A DNA stretch of 60,678 nt, the filler included, from Sphacelaria rigidula (taxonomy: Eukaryota), in NCBI GenBank assembly GCA_964200075.2. It is 5 parts of 5 records of this genome, joined end to end, with 100 filler letters (N's around TTAATTAATTAA, not from the genome) between each part and the next. Parts side by side here need not be neighbours in the genome. Positions count along the whole stretch, not along the records: positions 48,624 to 60,678 come from CAXNAA020004184.1; 4 more parts are not named here. One strand, written 5' to 3'. Below the pieces are notes generated by a model. That model made no database searches, was not told where the DNA came from, and saw only the letters and a program-made list of their open reading frames with translations. Position numbers and translations under genes: made by a program. Every line of letters starts with the position of its first letter. The stretch's first letter is position 1. Positions 50,427 through 60,678 of this stretch are shown one piece after another.

Positions 50427-53400
50427 CTATACCCCGTACTGCTTTCGATCGAGAGCGTCCGGCAAGGACTCGCGCACGCTCTTCCAAGGATTCTCCATTA
50501 CCAAAATTTCATTCTCCGCCAAGAAGTCCAACAGGACCACAGAGCGAAAGTCCTGCCTCATTTTGAAGTTGCTGTCAAGTGACGAGGGCGCACGATGTGG
50601 GAATTAGTGTGAGGTGTGAGAGGGGGTCACATTCAGTGGCTCCTGAGGAATCGCAGCCTACGGACAGCCGAGAAGCCTGTTGGGGCGTGATCGTTCGTGC
50701 ATGATGGCCAAAATAATGGGAAATCACTAGATGTCTGTGTACATCAGCCATCGTGACGTGAGATTGACCAACTATTGCCTAAACCTCCCCTTGTTTTTTT
50801 AGTGGACTTACTTTTTTTGTCCGGAGACTACGTCAGCCCTGGCCCACACAAACAGCAGGCAGATAAAAAGAAACAAGCACCATCTCCAACAAGATTGGTT
50901 GCACACGACGATTGATGGGCACAGCTGTCCATTTTCACCAAGTTATCTGGACTCGCACTTTGAACGGAGACGAGATACTTTCTGCTCCAAAATTACTCAT
51001 CTGTGGGGATTCGAACCCGCAACGTTTCTACCGAACTGGCTAGTGTTCTTGGTTTTAATGTCTCGTTTCAACTCAGACCACCGGGACGGGGCTCTGCAAT
51101 ACTCGTAGTCACCGTTCAAACGGAAATTTCACTAAATTGAGCATTTCTCTCAGGATATTCTTCACTTCCGCTTGGTAACTCTGGGATCGTTATACATCAA
51201 GGAAGAAACAAGCCGTCTACGGGAACTTTGTGATGTTGGGCAACAGGGGGCAAAAAGTCGTTTTCCCTGAGGGGAGCTTTTGGCGGTATTTTGGTCCCAA
51301 AACACGGTTTTTCGACGGTGGTACCACAAAGAGCTAGAGATGACAAAAAGTGAGCCTGAATGATTGTTGGCAAGGACAATTGGAAATGGTTCGGTCGAGC
51401 AAATGCATCCAACGGCCAGAACCTGAGGCTGCGTGATGCAGGATGCCCAACGATCGATGAGCCTGTCAGCCGTTTCGAAGTTTACGTAAAAATGATTCTC
51501 CTTCCGAGATCAAGTTTGGAAAATCATCTTGCCATCCCCAAATTTACGTATTGGACGTTCACCTCAGTAAGTAAAAATAAATGAAGAAGCCGATAAACAT
51601 GCTTTTTGAGAGAAATCCTCCGTTTCAAGGATTACTATTTTTTTACTGGCACACTCTCACCCCTCCCCTCCCCTGAGACGAGTCCACCACCTTAACAGAT
51701 CGACCCATCTCTCCTCCGGCACGCGCCTTGCGATTTGATATCGCAGGTTGGATCATGACCATCAACACTCCCGCACCGCGTGGACTGTCGTCAGATAAAT
51801 TCTTTTTTGCTACTCACAGCCTCATGTTTTCAAGAATAGAAACGAGATACTTTCCAGCAGACGCATCTGCCGGGAATGGTATGCATAGTTTCCCGTTAAA
51901 ATGGCGCACGTTGTACCACTAAAATACTAGAATATATCGTCGGGGCGCGGTGGCAACTCGGGCCAAATATCTCACAGTACGCACAGGCGGCGCTGTTAGG
52001 GATATTGTTTTTTGTATCGTTTGTGCATAGATGTAGGGGCCGTCGAGGGCATGCTAGAATATAATATGTCAGCGTATAGTGATATTCGGCCGAGCTCACG
52101 GACGTGGCATATATGAGGGTATCAGGGTAACGTACCACAAGGAACCTATGAACTACTGCAAGTACAGCACAGCGCCACTTGTAGCTTACGTTCTACGCTC
52201 CACAGTGTGTAACATGCAGATGATGGTGAGCGTAGGCTTCAGGGAGACAGACTACTGCGTGAGAAAATACTACCGACTGCTTAGCGCGTTGTACTTGCCT
52301 GCACTCCCGCACGTTACACTTGTGTCCATATATAGGGGGTGATCAACCATGCGTGCCATCTACGAACACCTGGTGCATGCGCGGGTTTGACAACTCTGCA
52401 TTTTGGCGAGTTTTGGACGAAATCATGAGAAAATCGACCACAGCTACACGACAAAACGTGAACCAAAAATTGTCGGTACATGATATAAGGGCCCATATCC
52501 CGCGGGGGTTTCGTGAGCGCTCAAGCGTGCATGGAGATTCAGCATTGGACAACAGAGGTGCATATAATGCAGTTGTGTATATGTGAAAAAAATGTAAAGA
52601 GGTCCAGAGGGGTATCCGAGCTAGTACTTTTCGGAAGACCTCACGCTGACCCGGGACGTTGGTATCTACGCACGTGTACGCACGTGGAAAGCATACACCA
52701 TTTTAGAAACTGGGTGACGTCCGAATTTCGAGATTTTATGTAGAAAGTCGACCAAGAGCCTACCTTATGTTCAACCGCATAGCTCGACGACCTGCTCATT
52801 GTAAGCTGTGGCGTGGTACCCCGGCGGGTGCGGAGTATTCGTCCATCCGAAAAAACAGTACAAAAATGGTGGCCGAATAAAAACCAATGTCCAATTCTAG
52901 AACAATTTCTTCGTATTTCAGTCCATTCATTTCTTGAGTGAATTCAAGGGTCACATGTTCTCGATGAAGGCTTGAAAGGTTATACATGTTGAATGAATGA
53001 GTGAATGAATGGTATGACAAAATCGCGCATCGTTGCTTGCATCCTTTGTCGAAATATATATTCGAAGCAAAGCAAGTTTCATTTCCGACTGTTACCCGTG
53101 TTTGTGCTCTCGTTCGGAGCATCAAAACAACAGAACAATGTAAGCTGCCCATCATCACTTGCTCCGCCATAATTGTCGCAACATGCGTCATCGTGTGAAC
53201 AGAAATGATATGCTGTACTTGTGTACTTGTGACAAACCTAGTATCGACAACAACAGCATCCAGACCGTCATCACATACGATCCACAGATCGGAGGAAGAC
53301 ATGAAACCAGCATGGGTAGGCCTCCTGGCTTAGAGGCATCCCGGCGGAGCACACGATGAGGCGGTTCGTACCCGTTGTAGCAGCGGTTTCACGTGGTAAA

Positions 53401-56400
53401 CGGAAAAACAAGGACGATCCCAGCGTTCGAAAAGATCGGATTTGATCTGACTTGGACTGAGGTGAGAAGCCTAGAATGAGGTTACAACCACCGGCCAATT
53501 CTCACCGCATACTTTTTGGTACCTCGATAGAACAAGAGCCTTGACCTTGTCCACGACTACCATGCTCATAACATCAAACACACACCGAACTCGGCACCTT
53601 TGGCTTTTATGGGCAGATGTACGTGTGTCGGCGCTGCTCTCCCCGCCTTCGTCTACCCTGGCCTTCTTGTTCGGTGGGGTGCTGGTGGGACGGGGTTCTA
53701 CAACGACCTTCCGAGGGACTTTGCGTCCAGGCGTCACGTACATAACCGATCTGTCAATGCACATGAACCGACATGTATGTCAACGTACAATGGCATTAGG
53801 GGTTACGGGGAATCTGAACATAGATGCGGTCTTACTCTTCGTCAATGCGGCAGTTGGTGTAAGCTGTCATCCTCAAGCGAAGAAGTAACGTTTGCCAAAC
53901 GCTACAAGAACATCGGAATGGTGCTCTCGGCAAATCCTCAATCACGTTGCAATTCTTGCAACACAAAACGCATCGGTAAGATACACGAATAAAATGGCAT
54001 ACATTCTGTTTGCTTTTGTCTTTCCAAGACGTGGGTTCGACTTGCCTGTGGTTGTAGAGAAGCATAGAATACGTCTGGTCCTCGGGATTAAACGTCACCC
54101 CAGTCAAAGGGTGCACGCTTCCTACACCGCCCCAACTTCCCCGCCCCAAAGGAGGTTTCGGGAACTTGACGTGGTCATGACACTCGGCTAGCCTTCGCTT
54201 GGGCACGTCGAATAATCGGAAAGCGTTTGACGAGTCCACGCACGCCAACACGGCGTGACGGCAGTGAAATCGCAGAGTCATACACCGGTGAGGCGCAAAG
54301 CTGATCATGAGGGTAAAACGATTCGCACAAGCACGGTTCGGGCGGCAAGGTTGGCGGGTGGCATAGTTGCAGAATAAATACTCGAATGTCGGTGCAGTGT
54401 GAGTACACGCGACCTCACGTGGATTCGGCAGGTGGTGAGCTGAGATGAATCATATACCCTGAAAAGTCATTGCGCACGAATACCTCGAGCATAATGAAAG
54501 TAGCTTACGCTGAACTCAAACAGTCCCGGGGTGGATGGATGCCCTCACCTAGGCAGTGTCCAGTGATGCCGAAGAGTAGTCAAGTCGAACACGTGCACCA
54601 CTCCCGATGTAGAGGCGGATGCCATCCACTTCCCGCACACGCTCACAGTAACCGCCCGAATCGGTACTGCGCCCTCGTCCCTCAAAGTGCCGCTTCCCCC
54701 TACACTAACACCATCTACGTGCTCCTCAAAGCAATGAACCAAGCGCGCGCCGCGGCCAAGATTGGAAGTCGCTCTCTTACGGAGTCCCCCGACAAACTTG
54801 GAGTCCCCGTCCGACTTACGGGTTCCGTCCAAGTCCACGACACGTATGTCGCCTCCAGCGGCCGCCACGATGAGCTTTCGTCCGTCTGCTGTGAAGGAAA
54901 GTGCGTGGGCTGGGGGCGTGCAGTTGCCCGGCAACGGAACTTTCTTGGCGGTCAGCGGCTTTTCTGGAGAAGCGGGTTTTCCGATGCGGTATACCTTGGT
55001 CGCACGTGTGTTGGACACGGCTACCATGCATCTGATTGTAGGAGGCCCCGTCGTCGAGCGAGGTCACCACGGTCGGAGGAGACGAGCGGCGAGCGAGTTG
55101 TCAGTTAGCATTGCGATGTGCTGTGTTGAAAGTTGTGACGTCATTAGCCCCTACAGTAGGTCCCACCGTGATGACTCAACTATTTCATAGTGCCTTTCAT
55201 GGCGAGTACAAGCGGCAGTACCATGCCACTGATACGATAGTACTAGTGGGGTGTTACGTCAATCATGTGATAGTCTCATAGGGCTGCCCATAGTGCCCTT
55301 ATGCCACTTCCATGAAGTTCGCTTCCTACGGTTGTGCAATGGCGGTACTGTAGCGTATCGATGATACCGCCCTAACACAAGGCCACAACGGGGGTGGGGG
55401 AGACATGCCTCTTCCATGATAATACCATGGTGTTGGTGAATAGATGTGCACCCTATGAACGCGCATGAGGGATCTGTGGGTGCCAAGTCAGGGTTAGGGT
55501 TGCTACAGGGTTTGAGTTTGGGCCACAGGTATAGTGATTGAGCTCAAGGGTTTCAGGTATCGCCCATGTGCATTGTGCTATACTGTACTAGCAACTCTGT
55601 AGACAATGTTGCACATATTACACCATGGCACGATGGCGCACTATTATACCTTTCTGTACTATACGGACTTTGAGGCTCTCCCGCGATGGTCGCCTGATGC
55701 ACGTGCCCAATGCTAAGAGGTCTTCGGCTGATTATCGGGTTATTGACATAGGAGCAAAACAAAAATGGTCAAGCACAAACACGGCTAGCACTTTAAACAG
55801 CCACTTATGGAGGTCAGAACCGCTTGTTTTGGTCGAGTTCAGTCGTTCGACCGTACTGATGGACATTCCCACCTCCGGCGATGAGAAAAAGTGGTTTTGG
55901 ATATGGTCAAACCACTCGCGCAAACATCCTACGATGAAAGTATCGTGAGAGTACCGTCCGAAGGCCCACCATTGCCGCCAAGCCCCCCCTCACTTGGCTC
56001 AACATCGCAGGCGGTGCAAAACACAATCTTGATAACTTTTCGCTGAACCATCACAATCGAGAGTTTATAATCCCACTTTGAAATTCCAACAATAATAGCA
56101 TCGCACTTCGACAAATCGGGTGTGATACTCACCCGTCTGTAGAAATAGTGGCACACGACAGGTGTCCCCCCTTCTCGAATTTGGGCTCCATACTAAGCAC
56201 TATGTGCGGCTCGCTATTTGCGTCTCTCTCCTCTCTGCCCAGCCTCTCCAACGCGTTCCCAGCTGGACTCTCGGGAAGTTGCCAAAGGTCGAGGTGGAGA
56301 TTGTGCATTACAAGCACCATACGTGGAGTTTGGGCCAGAAATGCGACCGGTACAGGCGGGAGCGGTTCGAGAGAGAGTGGCCCCTACGAGATCGGAAGGC

Positions 56401-59400
56401 AGTACACAGCGAGGGTTAAGCATAGTCAGCTGTGTGGAATGGCAGGTGATACAGTTTTTAATGCAAGCCGAACCAGATGAGGAACGAGGGGTCACGATGT
56501 CAACGTGGCACGGGGTAATCCTACTAAATGCCACCAAAGAGGGTGAATCTGCACAGACATGAAGCAATCTGACACCGAAGTGGTCAGGGGGTATGGTGTT
56601 TGTGCTAACGAGAGGGAACTCAGCAAAAACGCGCGGGAACAAGCCCATCAACCCTGTCGTACCTTTGCACCAAGACGAAGCGGGCGGAAGGCGCTGCATG
56701 TTTACGTGAAAGTGAACACATCAGCAACGATGCAAAAATTCTGTCCACAGGCATCTCTGCCGAGCTCATACTCACCAGTCTCTTGAACCCAGGCACGGAA
56801 TACAACGACAGAGAAGTGTCAAGGCCGCCGGACACTAGCACCTGGTCTGTGCGCCCTTTTCTCACACGCCCATCAGATGGCCTACTTTCGATCGACGGCT
56901 CATGTATCGCGAGAGCTCGCACATCATGCGTGTGAATTCGCACTGTGTGCCCGATGCTCCACTCCCATTCTTGCCGCGGTATCCTGGACATAGGCTGGTT
57001 GATCTCACTATCGCTGTCCACGCCCGCTTTCCTAGGGGGACCTCGTTCTAAAAGAACAACCTGTCCAGTGGCAATGAACGTGCAGAACAAGCGCATTATG
57101 CTGTTTCAGCGTTGGAGTTGTTGCCACCATCACTTTTCACTATGACAACGAGGGAATCAACAGGCCGATGAGACCAGCAGAGCATATTCCGCGTTTCGGT
57201 GTTTCGGCAACTTCAGTTAGCTAATACTTGCTCATTGGTGTGGGCAAAAATCTGCCGAGAGCTAGTAGTGTTGCCTTCTTTTCACCTTGCCATCACATCC
57301 CGAAACGAACATTTCTGTTTCATCCCCCGCCGCACACAAGCACAGAACATCAGCTTCGTGAGTAGTGAGACTCTGCAACTGCGTCCCCGTGAGCCCGTCC
57401 CATACCTGCATGCAGCGGGACAGAGCGACACGCACGGTGGGAAAATGTCAAGGCATAATTAAATACGATCCCACGCTACGCAAGCACAGCTTCCCTCGGC
57501 GATGCCAAATTCTGCCAATCATGACAGCACAAGATAGCCACAACAGTCCCGTTCACCTCGGTCAGTTTTCTCCAGACACTCGGGATGACGGGTGAGGCTG
57601 ACATGAGCCGTGCGAGTCGCACCCCATTCGCCAAGACACACCTCTCTTGCCACAAAAGAGAATGCCTCCACAACTTCACCATCCTTCCGTGTCGTGGTGT
57701 ACACCTGAGTGTAGAGGTGTGTGTTTCAATTGTCGACACAGGTCGAACACAATGACAAGGAATTCGGCCGTACTACGAGAGAACAGGCATCGAAGGTGAC
57801 AGACGAAACCAAATAATTCAGGGAGGGAAAACTTGAGTTGGCTTGCCTGCACGCGGCCACAAGAGTCGCCGCTGATGACAGTTCCGTCGCCGAGAGTTTC
57901 CAATGCCCACACTAATACCTCGCCTTCCTTCGCTTTCTTCTCCAGTTTCATATCCAACTGTTGCAAACAATCACGCACCAACGGCGTGTAGGCGTTCAGT
58001 CAAGCTGCACACGCGAGGTGCTGACGGCGTGAGTTTAGGACAGCGAGATGAACACTCGCACTCCCTTCAGGGCAACATTACGTACAGACTTTCAACCACG
58101 TTTTTGACCATGGAAACGAAGTACAGCTTGTCTAAGTGAAGACGTAGTGGCAATAATGTCCGCGTTGTACCGCCTGCACCCCCAACGGCTAGTCCTGTCC
58201 GAGTTCCTCAACCCTCGGGAACTGGGTCTCATTTCAGAACAACATCGACTGGACTTCTAGGATGATAATACTGGCACTATGGCTTGGTACTATAGCCTCT
58301 CTCGGTGACCACTTTCCCCAATGACGGCATACCGTATATCATGTGGTGCCTAATCCTTGACTAGTGTGATGAACCTGACAGAAGCACTTTCTCGCATGTT
58401 TTCAGTGCTCCACATGGGGTCCCCCAAAGACTATACCCTTGCTGTGAATTAATAACCAGAGATATTGAAAGCACAAGCAGCGAATATCGCACTACTCATG
58501 TATGCAAAGGTGCTGCACTGGTTATCGTACAGGGTGACATATCTGCCATTGTATCTCAGAAGGACGGAATGCGTATTTACTTTCGGGTGTATATGATCAA
58601 CGATATCTTGTGTTGGTGCTTCCGGCGAGACATTTATCGCCAATGCGTGCGCTGTAGTTGGTCGAATTGAGTCGGAATTCGTCGAGGACGCAGATGTAGA
58701 GATCATTTACACATTTTCCTCCGTACCTTCGTGGTTACATACCCGACTAACTCTTTTGACTTCGTCGTATCTTAGTTTTAGGGGGTGGTAAATAAAGTGA
58801 CCATACGGGAGGAAAACACTGCTGTAATCTACACTCTGCGAATGCTGCCAGTGTCAGGGCTGTAAGGATGTGCTGCGCTACGACTAAACACAGGTCGCCG
58901 GGATAGGCTGGTGATATACAACACTGCAATTCAGCGTCCCGACCATGAAGCCGCGATCTGTACTCACCAAGCTCTGCCCCGATGATGCGTCGAAGCAATG
59001 TATCAACGATTTGTCGCCCCCTGCGAAGATCACATCATCCCCTGCCCCCCACGCCACGCTGAGCACTCTCGATCCTGTGGATGGCAACGATTTCTTGTAC
59101 TCTAGCCCCCCGCCCTCCGCTGTGAATAACCTTACCGAGCCATCTTCGCACCCGACAGCCAGCAGACCAAGGGATGGCGCCGCTCGCATGCACCACGCCG
59201 AGCCGCCGTACGCGTCTCGCACGTTCTTGTAGCAAAGTCGCACAAGATCTACCTCGAACACAGTACCGTCCAGCCCACAACCAAACAGCCTCGCTGGCTC
59301 CCGCTCCACTTCAACACCATCATCACCAGCAACGTACACCCCTGGTAGCCACACCAGTGAACGAAGAGCCTTTTCCTTCTTCCCCGGCACCCGTGACTCC

Positions 59401-59582
59401 ACACAGTGTCCCTCGCTTGGCACGGTGATTTCAATACCACCATCCTCGCGTCCGACTGCCAGTGTGCGGCCGTCAGGATGGGTGGCCATAGTGTGGATTG
59501 GTTCCGGCATCCATACTTGGAGTTTGGAAAGGTGCACTGTGAAGGGGGCGGGCGAGGTGTCTAGTCGAGGGGTCTCTGTCAT
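50427..59582 (-). CDS. UTP4: U3 snoRNA-associated protein 4 (UTP4/cirhin)-like WD40 protein, complete 9-exon model (~805 aa)
   Basis: Minus-strand exons 59582-58968, 57957-57847, 57405-57286, 57060-56776, 56383-56133, 55031-54549, 54300-54046, 53750-53598 and 50571-50427 total 2418 nt in frame. UTP4-like motifs include N-terminal VH...LAVGREDGGIEI, LAVGCEDGSVRLF, VWAL...TVISGDSCGRVQVWDG...THEADVLCL, HTHDVRALA, VSGGLD and C-terminal NFKMRQDFRSVVLLDFL...ILVMENPW...LPDALDRKQYGV-stop. Confidence 0.88.
50795..51087 (-). mobile_element. tRNA-derived SINE (degenerate) in the last UTP4 intron
   Basis: The minus strand begins gtcccggtggtctgagttg (A-box-like), contains gggttcgaatccc (B-box) and has an A-rich end near 50795-50820. 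Its head resembles those at 37401 and 43695. Confidence 0.6.
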
Positions 59583-59954
59583 GACACTGGGAGGTAGAGA
59601 GCTTCCTCAAGTCTTTTGTGGTACCAAATCGTGCTCACAACAGCCGCAGCGTGGTAGTGGAAGGCACAGTGGTCCAGTACAGCGACACTGACAATGTTGC
59701 CATCATCTACATCTGACAGTCTCGTGTGTGGTGGAACACTAATATTTTGGTTTAGGAAATATTGAATTTTCCGGACAGTCCCGTCAATCCATCAGGTTCA
59801 CCCATCCTCTTTCCGCACAGAGCAGCTTTTAACATAACTGTGAGTTGTGCCAACATGCTGTGCGACGCTTGATGCGCCTCTTGCTCAAGCTACGACGCTG
59901 AATATCTCGTGTTCAGTTCGCTTACCTCCATCCCTAGCAGCAGCCAGTCCCAAC
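59583..59954. promoter_or_regulatory. Probable bidirectional promoter region
   Basis: 372 bp separate two divergent ATGs (59582 on -, 59955 on +). Inferred from position only. Confidence 0.5.
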
Positions 59955-60320
59955 ATGATATTGCCGCGGAGGCGCGGGACTCAACTCGCGGCATTCCTGC
60001 TAGCATGTACCAAAAGTGCAACAACGTACGCGTTCGCACCAGGCTTGAGCTCAGCAAGGTTGAGGTCAAGACAGTCGAGTTGCACCTCTCTGTCCGCAAT
60101 TCCCAGGGACCCCAAACGCAGTCGGCGACCGGGAGATAGTGACGAAGAAAGGGAAGCGATGGCAGCGGCGGAGGCTGTGCGCCGACAGCTTGAACGGATG
60201 TGGTCGTCTTCGCCACCCGCGGGTGATGATGATCACGTCGAAAGTACTGTTGGAGCTGACGTTCGCGCAGTCGGCGGAGCAGCTGTTGATGACCTAACGG
60301 CAGAGGAGGCAAAACTACAG
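59955..60320 (+). CDS. First exon of a probable plastid-targeted protein (function unknown)
   Basis: MILPRRRGTQLAAFLLACTKSATTYA-FAPGLSSARLRSRQSSCTSLSA has a hydrophobic signal peptide, an ASAFAP-like cleavage motif and an S/R-rich transit peptide. The exon ends at the donor CAG|GTACGG. Confidence 0.7.
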
Positions 60321-60678
60321 GTACGGGGGGGTTGACGGGTAGCATGTATATGTGTTTTTCCACGAGGCTTGTGGGAAGTCCTGGAGTTGCGACCGCCGAA
60401 ACAACTTGGTGCAGGCATGTGACATTTAGGCATGCGCTACGACTGTTGTACTGTTCTCTGTACTTCTCTATACTGTACCGCCCTGCACTGCACTGTTGTA
60501 CTCTGGGTTGTTGAACTGTACTGTACTCTTTAAGCAGATAAGAAGAGTACTGTACAGTACTGTATACATCACAGGCACCGTAGGTAAGGTAGGTACCCGG
60601 TACCGGTATTTGGGACATCTCACACCCTACCGATACCGGTCCAATCTGGTATGTGATAATGTCTCTCCTACAAGTGTA

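Noticed and set aside
55488..55515. Telomere-like agggttagggtt
   Set aside because: Only about two units inside an intron, too short to call an interstitial telomere.
50572..58967. Intronic C/D snoRNAs in UTP4, and hammerhead ribozymes window-wide
   Set aside because: A few C-box-like words (~53152, ~53268 on -) lack a suitably spaced D box and terminal stem. The CUGANGA words I checked lack a stem II followed by GAAA. An Infernal/Rfam scan would be decisive.

Overview
Eukaryotic, intron-rich genomic DNA. Gene structure, repeat style and an ASAFAP-type plastid presequence point to a photosynthetic stramenopile, most likely a brown alga (inference). The window is not one continuous locus. Four identical 100-nt spacers (N44-TTAATTAATTAA-N44) join five contigs of 12057, 12056, 12055, 12055 and 12055 bp, which indicates size-sorted, probably unlinked contigs. 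Contig 1 holds four internal exons of a ubiquitin-specific protease (- strand) plus LINE and MITE relics. Contig 2 holds a 10-exon coiled-coil gene of unknown family (+). Contig 3 holds most of the centriole cartwheel gene SAS-6 (+). Contig 4 holds three glycerol kinase exons (+); one 7-kb intron carries a decayed near-full-length RTE-like LINE with a tRNA-derived SINE nested in its endonuclease region. Contig 5 holds a complete 9-exon UTP4/cirhin-like WD40 gene (-) lying head-to-head with exon 1 of a probable plastid-targeted protein. Introns contain many MITE/foldback elements, SINEs and microsatellites. I found no convincing new multi-gene system. The best leads are three GC-AG introns among about 29 modelled donors, a SINE/LINE pair sharing sequence, an hAT-like TIR family with internal ~40-bp tandem arrays, and inverted MITE copies flanking two in-frame SAS-6 coiled-coil exons. 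All gene models were spliced by eye and need RNA-seq confirmation.
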